Part shown: positions 55,275 through 64,000 of the stretch, piece by piece
How positions within the stretch are numbered: the stretch's first letter is position 1
Layout: each line of letters opens with the position of its first letter
Origin: Acidobacteriota bacterium
GTDB lineage: Bacteria; Acidobacteriota; UBA6911; JACQSX01
Assembly (NCBI GenBank): GCA_016211105.1
Contig: JACQSX010000038.1
Span: 12,876-76,875, forward strand
Direction of reading: 5' to 3'
Length of the DNA stretch: 64,000 nt
The notes under the pieces: model-generated
Databases searched by the model: none
What the model was told of the DNA's origin: nothing
Seen by the model: only the letters and a program-made list of their open reading frames with translations
Program-made: the position numbers and the translations under genes

Positions 55275-58200
55275 ATGAGGAAAGCCGCCAGGAATGCGCC
55301 GCCTTCCAGAAGAACAGCTCTCCTTTGCCTTGTTTTCATCTTGTTGGGCAACTACGCGCGGGCTCAGAGCGACTACGAGGCGGGCACGACCGGGGCCAAC
55401 CGGGACCCGGCCAAGGCGCTGAAAGCAGGGGACCCGGTCTCGATGAGCAACGGCGCCTACTCGTTCCCTCTCCCGCTGCTCTCGCTGCGCGGCCCGACCA
55501 AGCTCGGTTTTGAGCTAACCTACCGCTCCGATCTGTTCCGGTTCGACACGAGCGTCCCCCCTTCCTTCTGGTGGCGTCCTTTCGGGCAGCTCAACTCCCC
55601 CATCCGAATCGAAGGCATACCCTATATTTCCGTGGAGCTTCCAAGCGGCGAAGTGGTTTCGTTCAAGAAACCGGGCAGCGACTGGGTGCCGGCCGATGTC
55701 ACCGAGAACATGGGGTTTTTCAACTATGTCGACAACGGCTCCAGAACCCCGTATGTCCTGAAAGAAACCTCCACATTTTTCTATCTCCAGGATCCCCTTG
55801 AAGAAAGGATCTACTTTTTTCAGAAGACGCGCACGACCTTCCCCTTTATCACCCGCCTGGTGCGCGTCCTGGACCGCAACGGCAACCAGTGGATTTATAC
55901 CTACGATCCGGGCGTCAATCCGAGTCTGGCCGACAAGCGGCCCACCCGTATCGATGACGGCCTCGGGCGGAGCTTGACGCTCTCCTACGGGGCTGTCGCC
56001 AGCGTGACGTACCTGCAGCGGGTGACCGATCATGGAGGCCGGCAGATCCGGCTTCAGTACGAAGAGCGCGGCGCCGACAATGCCAACCGCCGGACGCTGC
56101 GCTCGGTGACAGACGCTTCCGGTCAAACGACGACGTTTCGCTATGGGGGCAATGTTTTTCTGGATGACCGCCTGGTCCAGGTGGATTTGCCGCGGGGCAA
56201 CGCCCCGTACCGCCAGACTTACCGGAATGCTGCTTTGAATGGCAGCATCTTCCCCCGGGTCGCGTCCCAGTCCGATGCGCTGGGCAACACGACGACGTTC
56301 AGCTACCAGGCGCAGTCCAATGTCGTTACCGTTACCAACCCCGACGGAACGACATCGGTCTTTGAACACTTCAGCCAGTACAGCCAGCCGAAAGCGTTGA
56401 CCGACGCCGCCAGCAAGAAGGGGGAATTCAGCAAGAACGCCAGCGAACAGCTCACCGGCATTGCCGACCGCTCGGGCGGCCGGACTTCGTTCACCTATCA
56501 TGCCCCAAGCGGCAGGATCGCGTCGCTGACCAACGCCAAAGGGGATACCATCCGTTTTACCTACACTCCCCAGGATCAAACCTTCACCAATCCGGTCGGC
56601 GGCGAAGCAGCCGCGTTCACGTTCTACAACCTGGCGCGCACGGACTATCCCGATGGCGCCAGCGAGCAGTTCACCTACGACACGCGGGGAAATCTCCTGA
56701 CGCGCGTAGATCAGGCCGGTCAGACCTGGACGTTTACCTACAACAGCCGGGGGCAGGTCCTTACGGCCGCCAACCCTGCAGGCGGCGTGGCCACCATGAC
56801 CTACAACGACGACGCCACGGTTGCCACTCGGAAAGATTCCGACACGGGCGTGATAACGTTGGGCTACGACGCCCTCAAACGGATCACCCAGGTCACTCAT
56901 GCTGACGGGACGGCCTTGCAGATCGCCTATGACGCCCGGGACCGGATCACGTCGATCACCGACGAGAACAACCGGGTCACCACCTACGCGTATGACGGCA
57001 ATGGGAATTTGGCCCGCGTGACGGATGCCGCGGGGAAATCAAGCCAGTTCGCGTACGACGCGCTGGACCGGCGGACGCAAAGCACGGATCGCCTGGGCAA
57101 GACAGCAACGTGGGCCTATGACTCCATGGGCCGTCTGGCGTCGGTGACGGACCCTACGGGAATCTCCGCTGCGTTCAGCTATGATCCCCGCGGCTGGCTG
57201 GCGCGCCTGACTCGTTCCGGCCGGAACTGGAGCTTCAGCTATGACGATGAAGGGATTCTGGCCGCAACGACAACGCCGCTCGGTCACGCCAGCAGGATTG
57301 AAAGCGATGTGTTGGGTTTGACCCGCGCTCTGGAAGACCCGCTCAATCAGGTCACCACGCTGCTGCGCGACTCCCTGAACCGCGTCACGTCAGTTTCCGA
57401 TCCTCTCGGCCGCACGACAGCTCTCGCCTATGACGCCCGAGGGCAATTGACAGGAGTCACCCTGCCGGTCGTGGGAGCGGCGGCGTATCAGAGGGACCTC
57501 CTTGGGCAGTTGACCCAGATCACCGATCTAAACGGCCAGAACTGGAGCTTCGGCTACACGCCGATGGGAAGACTGGCTTCCGAGAGGGATCCTTTGGGTC
57601 GGGTGCAGCAATACAGCTACGACAGCCGCGGCCGGCCCTCGCGAACGGTTTTTTCGGATGGAACCACCGCGATGACAAAGTACGACGCGGCTGGAAACAG
57701 GACGCAAAGGGCGTACTCCGACGGAACCGATATTCAGTTCAGCTACGATTCCCTGAGCCGGCTGGTCCAGACCAACGGTCTTCAGTTCACGTACGATGCC
57801 GAGGGGCGCATCGTCGATACCGACAACCCGGGGGTGCATTTTGGAGCGACGTTCGACGACGCGGGAAGACTGAAGAGCACCACCTACAACAACAACGCGT
57901 TGACCGTCACGTACGCTTACGACGCCGCGACCGGCCTGCTGAGCCGGGTCAGTGACAGCCTGACCGGAACTCAGCTCGATTTTGCCTATGACAATGATTT
58001 TCGACTGGCGGGTATCACCCGCCCGAATAGCGTCAGCACGGCGCTGACCTGGGACAATGCGGCGCGCCTGACGCGGATCCAGGAGGGAAGCGTTGTCGAT
58101 CTGAAGTACACGCTCGATGCAGCAGGGCAGGTGGCGCAGGTGGACGTCACCGCGCCACTGGACCCCAGCACCGCGCTCACGGCCACCAGCGAGACTTTTC

Positions 58201-59474
58201 TCTATGATGCCGCCTCGCAACTGCGCTCGGACGGCTATGGTTATGACGCCAAGGGGAGGCTGACGGCCTCTCAGGAGAGATCCTATCGATGGGATGGAGC
58301 CTCCCGGCTGGTCAGAGTCGGCGCAACGACCCTTGCGTATAACGGTCTTGGGCAGGTCGTGGCGCGCTCGGAAGCCGGGACGACGCTTCATTACTACTAC
58401 AACCACGCGCTTGCGCTGACTCCCGTCGTGGCGGAGAAAGACGAAGCGACCGGGAAGTTTCTGCGCTATTACGTCTGGACTCCCGGCGGAGCGCTGCTTT
58501 ACATGATCGACGCCGCCGACGGCAACAAGGTGTACTTTTACCACTTTGATCGGATGGGCTCGACTCTGGCGCTGACCGACGCGGCCGGCAAGGTCACCGA
58601 CAGCTACGCCTACGATCCGTATGGCAGAGTGCTGGCGCATCAGGGAATCCAGCCGCAGCCTTTCACCTTTGTCGGCCGCTGGGGCGTGCGCCAGGAGGGT
58701 CCCGGCGGCACGCTCTACCAGATGAGGGCGCGGTACTATGACGCCCTGACGGCGCGGTTTATTTCGAGGGACCCAGTCTGGCCGGAAATCGATGATCCAG
58801 CCCAGATCAACCCGTACCAGTATGCACGCAACAATCCGCTGCAATACGCCGACTTTACGGGCCGGGCTTTGACGCAGGCCGAACAGCAGGAGTTGGATTA
58901 CCTGGTATCGGCGATGAACCGGTATTCACGGGATTTGCAGGGGAGCCCCTTCAGCAGCGGGGAGCGGGACATCGAAGCTGCGGAGAATACCGCCTTGATC
59001 TGGCAAAGGGCAGTGGCGGAAATGGAGAAGACTGAAGCCGAGTTCGAGTCCGATCCGGAGAAGAAGAAGGCCAAGTGGCAGCAATACGAAAAGAGCGCCG
59101 AGCAACTCCGGGAAAGGGAGGAGGAAGTCAGCAAGCAGCGCGAGCGCACTGCCGAATTGATCAGCCGGACGCGCCAGGAGACGCGCAACAACCTGGAGCG
59201 AATGGAGCAGCGGTTCAAAGATCTGTGGCTCAAGAAAGTGGGCGGCAAGAACGCCTTCCTCGGAAAGCGGAGGCTGCTGATCAAGGTCCTCAAGGAGGCA
59301 GCCAAGGCGGGCCCCGAAATGCAGACGTTTTATAAGAACCTGGCGCAGATTCTCTTTGAGCAGGTCGAGCCGCTCTTTCTTGAATTTACCGAAGATCTGG
59401 GTGTGTTTGAGGGCGACACAGAAGCCATGGAGGTCATCCGGGCCCTAGGCATGGAAATACTGTTCGGGCGGTAG
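55275..59474 (+). CDS. RHS/YD-repeat protein with signal peptide and uncharacterised C-terminal domain
   Basis: 1399 aa. The signal peptide is 'ALLCLVFILLGNYARAQ'. There are dozens of YD repeats (for example 'YAYDGNGNLARVTDAAG' and 'FAYDALDRRTQSTDRLG'). The RHS core end is 'YQMRARYYDALTARFISRDP...NPYQYARNNPLQYADFTGR'. A 202-aa charged helical tail follows (58866-59471). Confidence 0.9.
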   Translation: MRKAARNAPPSRRTALLCLVFILLGNYARAQSDYEAGTTGANRDPAKALKAGDPVSMSNGAYSFPLPLLSLRGPTKLGFELTYRSDLFRFDTSVPPSFWWRPFGQLNSPIRIEGIPYISVELPSGEVVSFKKPGSDWVPADVTENMGFFNYVDNGSRTPYVLKETSTFFYLQDPLEERIYFFQKTRTTFPFITRLVRVLDRNGNQWIYTYDPGVNPSLADKRPTRIDDGLGRSLTLSYGAVASVTYLQRVTDHGGRQIRLQYEERGADNANRRTLRSVTDASGQTTTFRYGGNVFLDDRLVQVDLPRGNAPYRQTYRNAALNGSIFPRVASQSDALGNTTTFSYQAQSNVVTVTNPDGTTSVFEHFSQYSQPKALTDAASKKGEFSKNASEQLTGIADRSGGRTSFTYHAPSGRIASLTNAKGDTIRFTYTPQDQTFTNPVGGEAAAFTFYNLARTDYPDGASEQFTYDTRGNLLTRVDQAGQTWTFTYNSRGQVLTAANPAGGVATMTYNDDATVATRKDSDTGVITLGYDALKRITQVTHADGTALQIAYDARDRITSITDENNRVTTYAYDGNGNLARVTDAAGKSSQFAYDALDRRTQSTDRLGKTATWAYDSMGRLASVTDPTGISAAFSYDPRGWLARLTRSGRNWSFSYDDEGILAATTTPLGHASRIESDVLGLTRALEDPLNQVTTLLRDSLNRVTSVSDPLGRTTALAYDARGQLTGVTLPVVGAAAYQRDLLGQLTQITDLNGQNWSFGYTPMGRLASERDPLGRVQQYSYDSRGRPSRTVFSDGTTAMTKYDAAGNRTQRAYSDGTDIQFSYDSLSRLVQTNGLQFTYDAEGRIVDTDNPGVHFGATFDDAGRLKSTTYNNNALTVTYAYDAATGLLSRVSDSLTGTQLDFAYDNDFRLAGITRPNSVSTALTWDNAARLTRIQEGSVVDLKYTLDAAGQVAQVDVTAPLDPSTALTATSETFLYDAASQLRSDGYGYDAKGRLTASQERSYRWDGASRLVRVGATTLAYNGLGQVVARSEAGTTLHYYYNHALALTPVVAEKDEATGKFLRYYVWTPGGALLYMIDAADGNKVYFYHFDRMGSTLALTDAAGKVTDSYAYDPYGRVLAHQGIQPQPFTFVGRWGVRQEGPGGTLYQMRARYYDALTARFISRDPVWPEIDDPAQINPYQYARNNPLQYADFTGRALTQAEQQELDYLVSAMNRYSRDLQGSPFSSGERDIEAAENTALIWQRAVAEMEKTEAEFESDPEKKKAKWQQYEKSAEQLREREEEVSKQRERTAELISRTRQETRNNLERMEQRFKDLWLKKVGGKNAFLGKRRLLIKVLKEAAKAGPEMQTFYKNLAQILFEQVEPLFLEFTEDLGVFEGDTEAMEVIRALGMEILFGR

Positions 59475-59551
59475 CCGGATACTCGTCTGAAAACCTAATT
59501 TTAGAGGACTCGCGAAGAGCGAAAAAGCTCACCAGGTTGCACTGCGACTTT

Positions 59552-60934
59552 CTACGTCTTCACCAGCTCCGCTCTGCTGTTGAGCAACTCCCGGGCCCGC
59601 TCCACGGCCTTCTGGTTGACCGTTAGGGTCGTTGGGAAACGGCCGAGCGGCTTGGTGGCGTCGATGCCCATCTTGGCTGTGACAGCGTCATCCGAAGCCG
59701 AGGGATCTAGAAGAGTCCCCATGCACTCTCCCATGATGAAAACATCGCGGTTGGCCTGCATCCTGGTTGCGATGGCCCACAGCACTTGCTCCTCGTCAAA
59801 GACGTCCACATCCTCATCCACGGCCACCACGAGCTTGACGTAGTGGTCGGCTCCCAAGACACTGAAGATGGCCTGTTTGGCCTGGCCCTCGGCCGTTTTA
59901 CGCAAAGACACGTAGCAGTGAAAACTGCCGATGCCGGAGCGCACGGGCACGTGAACTGCCTTGAGGTTGGGGATGCTTTTACTCAACACATTGGTAAACT
60001 CCACTTCCCGCGGGAGGGAAAGACAACGGCAATGCTCCATGCTGTTGCCGCTGTTGATGTCCTGGAAGAGAGCTTCGTTGCGGTAAAGGAGCGCCGTCGC
60101 CTCAAAAACGTTCTCGGTGCTCCGCTCGGAAGCGTAACCGGTAAACTCGCTGAACGGCCCCTCCTTTTCCCGAACGCCGTTAAGAATGCGACCCTCGATG
60201 ACGATTTCTGACCATCGCGGCGCCTCAAGCGCTACCGTTTGACATGGCGCCAGTTCCACAGGCTCTCCCAAGACGCTTCCCACCAGGTCGAATTTGTCCA
60301 CATCCGCGGGCGGAAGGCTCAGCGCACCCAGAGAGAGAATCGGATGGACTCCGAGGCAAATAGCAACCTCAAGAGGACGGTTCTGCTCCTCGGCGCGGCG
60401 GAAATACTCATACATCCGCCGACGAGAGTGCAGGCTGATCCCCATCTTGCGTGGCCCCTTGAGCTGCATGCGATGGTAACCGACGGTGCGGATGCCGGAA
60501 TGAGGGTCTCGCGCCACCACCAGAGCAGCGGTCAAATACGGTCCACCGTCCTGTTCAAAGTGCACAAGCATGGGAAGCCGGCCCAAGTCTACCTGGTCGC
60601 CGAGAAAAATGTTGTCCTGAAATGGGGCGTCGCCCCGAATCACCGGGGGAATGGAGCTTTTCAACCGCAAGCGAAATTCCTCGATGAGCCGCTCCTGAGA
60701 CACGCCCAGAGCCAACGCCAACCTCGGGCGGTGGGCCAGAAGGTTGCTGATAACCGGAAAATCGCTTCCTTGGACCTGCTCAAAGAGTACCGCCGGGCAG
60801 GAAGCGAGCTTCTCCGCTTCCAACACCAACGCTGTTGCTTCAAACAATGGGTCGACTGGTTCTTGGACCCGCAGCAGTTGAGTAGGGCAACTTTTTTCGA
60901 TCTGCTTTAGAAAACTTCTGAGGTCTTGTGCCAA
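59552..60934 (-). CDS. UbiD-family (prFMN-dependent) decarboxylase
   Basis: 460 aa with a TTG start. The N-terminus 'LRSFLKQIEKSCPTQLLRVQEPVDPLFEATAL' and the overall length are UbiD-like. Confidence 0.75.
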   Translation of the reverse strand: MAQDLRSFLKQIEKSCPTQLLRVQEPVDPLFEATALVLEAEKLASCPAVLFEQVQGSDFPVISNLLAHRPRLALALGVSQERLIEEFRLRLKSSIPPVIRGDAPFQDNIFLGDQVDLGRLPMLVHFEQDGGPYLTAALVVARDPHSGIRTVGYHRMQLKGPRKMGISLHSRRRMYEYFRRAEEQNRPLEVAICLGVHPILSLGALSLPPADVDKFDLVGSVLGEPVELAPCQTVALEAPRWSEIVIEGRILNGVREKEGPFSEFTGYASERSTENVFEATALLYRNEALFQDINSGNSMEHCRCLSLPREVEFTNVLSKSIPNLKAVHVPVRSGIGSFHCYVSLRKTAEGQAKQAIFSVLGADHYVKLVVAVDEDVDVFDEEQVLWAIATRMQANRDVFIMGECMGTLLDPSASDDAVTAKMGIDATKPLGRFPTTLTVNQKAVERARELLNSRAELVKT

Positions 60935-61062
60935 AATTTGTCCCCTTTCAAATCCCGAGCCTACCCCGGTTTGGCCACAAAGCCACGAGTGTCAGCGGAC
61001 GGAGAAATCTCTCCTTGGGATCGACGCCCTCAGGGCGCGAAAAATCCGAACCACAACGGTAA

Positions 61063-61230
61063 GGACTTGTGGAAAATTAGGAAATAACAGCTCTGTCCAT
61101 TCGTAGAGACTTCACCACCGGGGCGTTTATACAGTGCCATCTCCGCTGTGGTGAGACGCCTCGATGAGGCGTCTCTCTGTATCAACGCTTCACGCAGACC
61201 GGCAGGCCAACTTTCTTCGCACGTTCTCAC
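61063..61230. mobile_element. Degenerate MITE-like element, copy E
   Basis: Left end GGACTTGTGGAAAATTAGG (compare AGAACGTGTGAAAAATTGG) and right end TTCGCACGTTCT. It holds a decayed core (GTAGAGACTTCACCACCGGGGCGTTTATAC) and an intact 10-bp stem GAGACGCCTC-GAT-GAGGCGTCTC (61153-61175). Confidence 0.55.
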
Positions 61231-61264
61231 AGGCGTATGAAAAAGTTCAAAGTGAGAGTCTCAG

Positions 61265-64000
61265 CTAAAAAAGAAACTTCAGAGCAAGTTGAATCTGCCG
61301 AGCCGAAGTTGCGGTGCTGGCGATTCGGCCGAAGCTACTGCTGGGAATCCCCGTCGTATTATTGAATACCGTCACGTCGGGAATACCAAAATTGGCGCGG
61401 TTGAAAATGTTGAAGAACTCAAACCGAAACTGCAGCGTCCGTTCTTCGTCAATGGAAAGATTCTTTATGGTTGAAAAGTCAAAGTTGGCCACTCCTGGAA
61501 TGATGCCGGTATCATGTCCCAAGTTGCCGTAAAACCCCGCCTCTTGAAGTAGGAACTGACTTCCATCCCAGTAGTTATTCGCGTCGCGGTCGCGAAAAGG
61601 ATTGTTGTTTCCTCCCGGCCGGAGATCGGAGCGTTCTGCGGCGCCCCCAATCCCAATGTTTGCCGATCGCGAACGATCGGGACTGATCGTAAGATTGGCT
61701 GGATTTCCATCCGCCAGGGTGACAATGCCGTTGACCTGCCAGCCACCCACGAGCTTGTCCCAAGCACCCGGGACCCGTCCCGGCAAATCATAGGTGAAGT
61801 TAAATACCGCCACGTTTTTTGCATGAAAAGCTGAAAGGCCATAGTCCCGACTGCGGTCGTATGGGTCCATCCCCTTGGTCGCTACCCCAGCCGTTAAGCC
61901 CGCTCCCGATGTGCCGGGCGCCTCATCCATCGATTTAGAAAAGGTGTAGGACCCTTGAAATTGAAAGCCATGGCTGAAGCGCTTGTTCACCGAGACCTGG
62001 AGCGCATTGTAGACAGACTTTGTGTCGAAGTACTTTCCTGAGAAAGCGGAAAAGACAGGGTTGGCGAGGTTAACTTGCGCTGGGAAAAACTTTCGCCCGT
62101 CGGGCAAAATCTGAAACTGGTTGATGTTCAAGTTGATCTGTCTCGCCAGGTGCACTCCCTTGGAGCCCGTATATCCGATGGTTAACACCAAATTGGGAAC
62201 GATTTCCCGCTGAATGTTCAAATTGTACTTAATCAGGTAGGGTTGAGCGGGTCGCACGTCGATATAATCGACTCCAAATGGAGGAATTGTCACTCCGGCT
62301 AGAGCTTCACTGGCGCTGGGAAAAGGAGGGTTGGATAAAAGTGTCCTCCTGTAAAATGGCGGCAGGTTGGTGGCAGGGAAGGTCCACTCAGCAGGCAGCA
62401 ACATCGAGTAGAAAATGCCAGCTCCTCCCCGCAGCGCCGTCTTCCCGTTTCCAAAAACATCCCAGGCAAATCCCAGGCGAGGCGAGGCGCATTTCAGGCA
62501 GGGTTGCTCGTAAAGAGTATCCAGTACTGACACTTCTTTGTCGGTAAGCGGATTGACCAGGTTCGCCACTTTCCCGTTCACTTCCGTAGGCGAGGTCAAG
62601 AACTCGTAGCGCAGTCCCATGTTGAGGGTCAACGTGGGCGCAAGCTTTAGATCGTCCTGAAGGTACGCTCCAAAATAGATCTGCCGCCAGCCGCGCCAAA
62701 AATCCGTACCCGGCAAGACCAAGTCCAAACTTCGGGGCGAGGACCTGAAGAAGTTCTCTACACTGGTAAAGTTATATTCTCCGTACTGAGCAAAGGCGCC
62801 GAAGGTGTTAAACTGAATTCTTTTGACTTGTCCTCCAAAACGCAGCATGTGCCGCCCCCGCGTGTACGACATGTTGTCGATGTATTCGAACATGTTCTGC
62901 GTCAACTTCCGGCCAACGGTACGGGAATTTCCATACGAGACAAGTCCCGATACCGACAGAGCGCCGATAGGCAGGCCCGGAACAAAACTCAGTTTAGGGT
63001 CAACAGTAACGGTCTGGTCGTTGACCTGCCCGGCAATATTGCGATTAAAAGAAAAGCGAAACTCGTTGACCAGCGCCGGCGAAATAATCTTTCTTTCCTC
63101 AATGGTCGCAAACTGCCTGCGGGCTTCACCCAGAAACTCAAAACCAGGAATTGCTCGCGATTCCAGTACCGAGGAAGGGTTGAAGTTGTAACGGACGAAA
63201 ATCGAATCAGAATTGGAAAATGTGTGGTCTACTTTCACCATGAAGTAATCTTCATCGGTGGGCTGGCTGACCGAGCGGATAAATTCGGCCCGCCCATCTC
63301 CGAAGTCTCGGCCTCCTGGAGTCGGTAAAGGAAAAAGTTCTATATAGGGTTTGACCCGGTCATTGATCGGCACCACTCGATTTCCCAAAATTCCTTGGCG
63401 TCCTGCAGGGGTTAAGACATTGCCTCGCAGTGTTAACCCCAGGCGGTCTCGTAAGCCCTCATAGCTGGTGAAGAAAAACGTGTGGTCTTTTCGAATCGGG
63501 CCGCCGGCGGTAAAGCCAAATTGGTTTCTCTTGAATTCCGGTTTGGTCACATCGAAAAAATTCCGAGCGTCCAGATTGTCGTTGCGATGAAATTCAAACG
63601 CCGTCCCATGGAATTCATTGGTCCCGGATTTGGTCACGGCATTCACCACTCCCCCGGCAACCTTTCCATACTCGGCGCTGTAGATCGTGGTCTGCACCGT
63701 AAATTCCCGCACCGTCTCCACTCCCATAGTAGCGCCGGACACCCCGGATGGAGCCCTTCCCATGGCATCCTGCACATCCGCTCCGTCCAAGAGGAAGTTG
63801 TTCTGGTCAGAACGAGCCCCCGCGATCGAGATCCGGGGTCCTGTGCCTTGAGTTGCATTGATCGCTTGCCCATGAACTGCCGAGGAGTACACGCCCGCCT
63901 GTAGCAGTATCAACTGGGCGAAATCGCGACGGTTCAAAGGTAAATCACGAATTTTTTTATCGTCCACTAGGGCAATCATGCTCGCGTTTGTGGTCTCTAC
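61265..64000 (-). CDS. TonB-dependent receptor paralogue (5' end beyond the right edge of the window)
   Basis: The frame stays open upstream of the track's ATG at 63979 ('VETTNAS-MIALVDDKKIRDLPLNRRDF'), matching the plug region of the other copies. The CarboxypepD_reg domain must lie outside the window. It ends 'ALKFLF'. Confidence 0.85.
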   Translation of the reverse strand, partial: VETTNASMIALVDDKKIRDLPLNRRDFAQLILLQAGVYSSAVHGQAINATQGTGPRISIAGARSDQNNFLLDGADVQDAMGRAPSGVSGATMGVETVREFTVQTTIYSAEYGKVAGGVVNAVTKSGTNEFHGTAFEFHRNDNLDARNFFDVTKPEFKRNQFGFTAGGPIRKDHTFFFTSYEGLRDRLGLTLRGNVLTPAGRQGILGNRVVPINDRVKPYIELFPLPTPGGRDFGDGRAEFIRSVSQPTDEDYFMVKVDHTFSNSDSIFVRYNFNPSSVLESRAIPGFEFLGEARRQFATIEERKIISPALVNEFRFSFNRNIAGQVNDQTVTVDPKLSFVPGLPIGALSVSGLVSYGNSRTVGRKLTQNMFEYIDNMSYTRGRHMLRFGGQVKRIQFNTFGAFAQYGEYNFTSVENFFRSSPRSLDLVLPGTDFWRGWRQIYFGAYLQDDLKLAPTLTLNMGLRYEFLTSPTEVNGKVANLVNPLTDKEVSVLDTLYEQPCLKCASPRLGFAWDVFGNGKTALRGGAGIFYSMLLPAEWTFPATNLPPFYRRTLLSNPPFPSASEALAGVTIPPFGVDYIDVRPAQPYLIKYNLNIQREIVPNLVLTIGYTGSKGVHLARQINLNINQFQILPDGRKFFPAQVNLANPVFSAFSGKYFDTKSVYNALQVSVNKRFSHGFQFQGSYTFSKSMDEAPGTSGAGLTAGVATKGMDPYDRSRDYGLSAFHAKNVAVFNFTYDLPGRVPGAWDKLVGGWQVNGIVTLADGNPANLTISPDRSRSANIGIGGAAERSDLRPGGNNNPFRDRDANNYWDGSQFLLQEAGFYGNLGHDTGIIPGVANFDFSTIKNLSIDEERTLQFRFEFFNIFNRANFGIPDVTVFNNTTGIPSSSFGRIASTATSARQIQLALKFLF

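Noticed and set aside
14561-61175. Whether the recurring 28-30-nt palindromes (14.5, 27.5, 46.7, 52.2 and 61.1 kb) form a CRISPR array.
   Set aside because: The copies are single and dispersed over 47 kb, with no regular repeat-spacer periodicity and no cas genes. They fit REP/MITE elements instead.

Overview
This is a 64-kb chromosomal window that looks moderately GC-rich by eye. I saw no rRNA or tRNA genes, CRISPR array, integrase or transposase. It holds four large CarboxypepD_reg + TonB-dependent receptor paralogues (N-termini like 'AQTTTATISGTVKDDTGAVLPGVSV') and several secreted amidohydrolases. I associate that gene content with Acidobacteria-like soil bacteria, but this is inference only.

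Nt 1-24038 is one uninterrupted minus-strand supercluster for sHdr/LbpA-type sulfur oxidation. In transcription order it contains:
- YeeE permease and a fused SoxY-SoxZ carrier
- two multihaem cytochromes c, one interrupted by an in-frame TGA
- a parvulin PPIase
- TusA and two DsrE-family proteins, with a 97-aa unknown between them
- LbpA and an ArsR-type (sHdrR-like) regulator
- sHdrC1-B1-A-H, then an HdrD-like fused Fe-S/CCG protein
- a SufS-like PLP enzyme, then EtfB-EtfA
- a second LbpA, a lipoate ligase, two radical-SAM LipS-type genes, and a second, partial lipoate ligase that the ORF track misses

The rest of the window is as follows:
- 24.3-30 kb: aldehyde dehydrogenase, amidohydrolase, HisI-like, OMP-decarboxylase-like, IMPase-like and NadC genes.
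- 30-46 kb and 61-64 kb: a TonB-receptor/amidohydrolase expansion with one decayed receptor remnant.
- 46-61 kb: an accessory-looking mix. It includes a cohesin-like secreted protein, a DUF1152-like gene plus a remnant copy, an M20 peptidase, an unknown lipoprotein, CoA-transferase AB, an LLM oxidoreductase and UbiD. It also holds a 1399-aa RHS/YD protein with an uncharacterised helical C-terminal domain and no immunity gene.

A dispersed palindromic repeat family (core GTAGAGACGC...GCGTCTCTAC) occurs five times. Three copies are 120-170-bp MITE-like units with terminal inverted repeats.

All functional calls rest on motif and architecture recognition by eye. No database search was possible.
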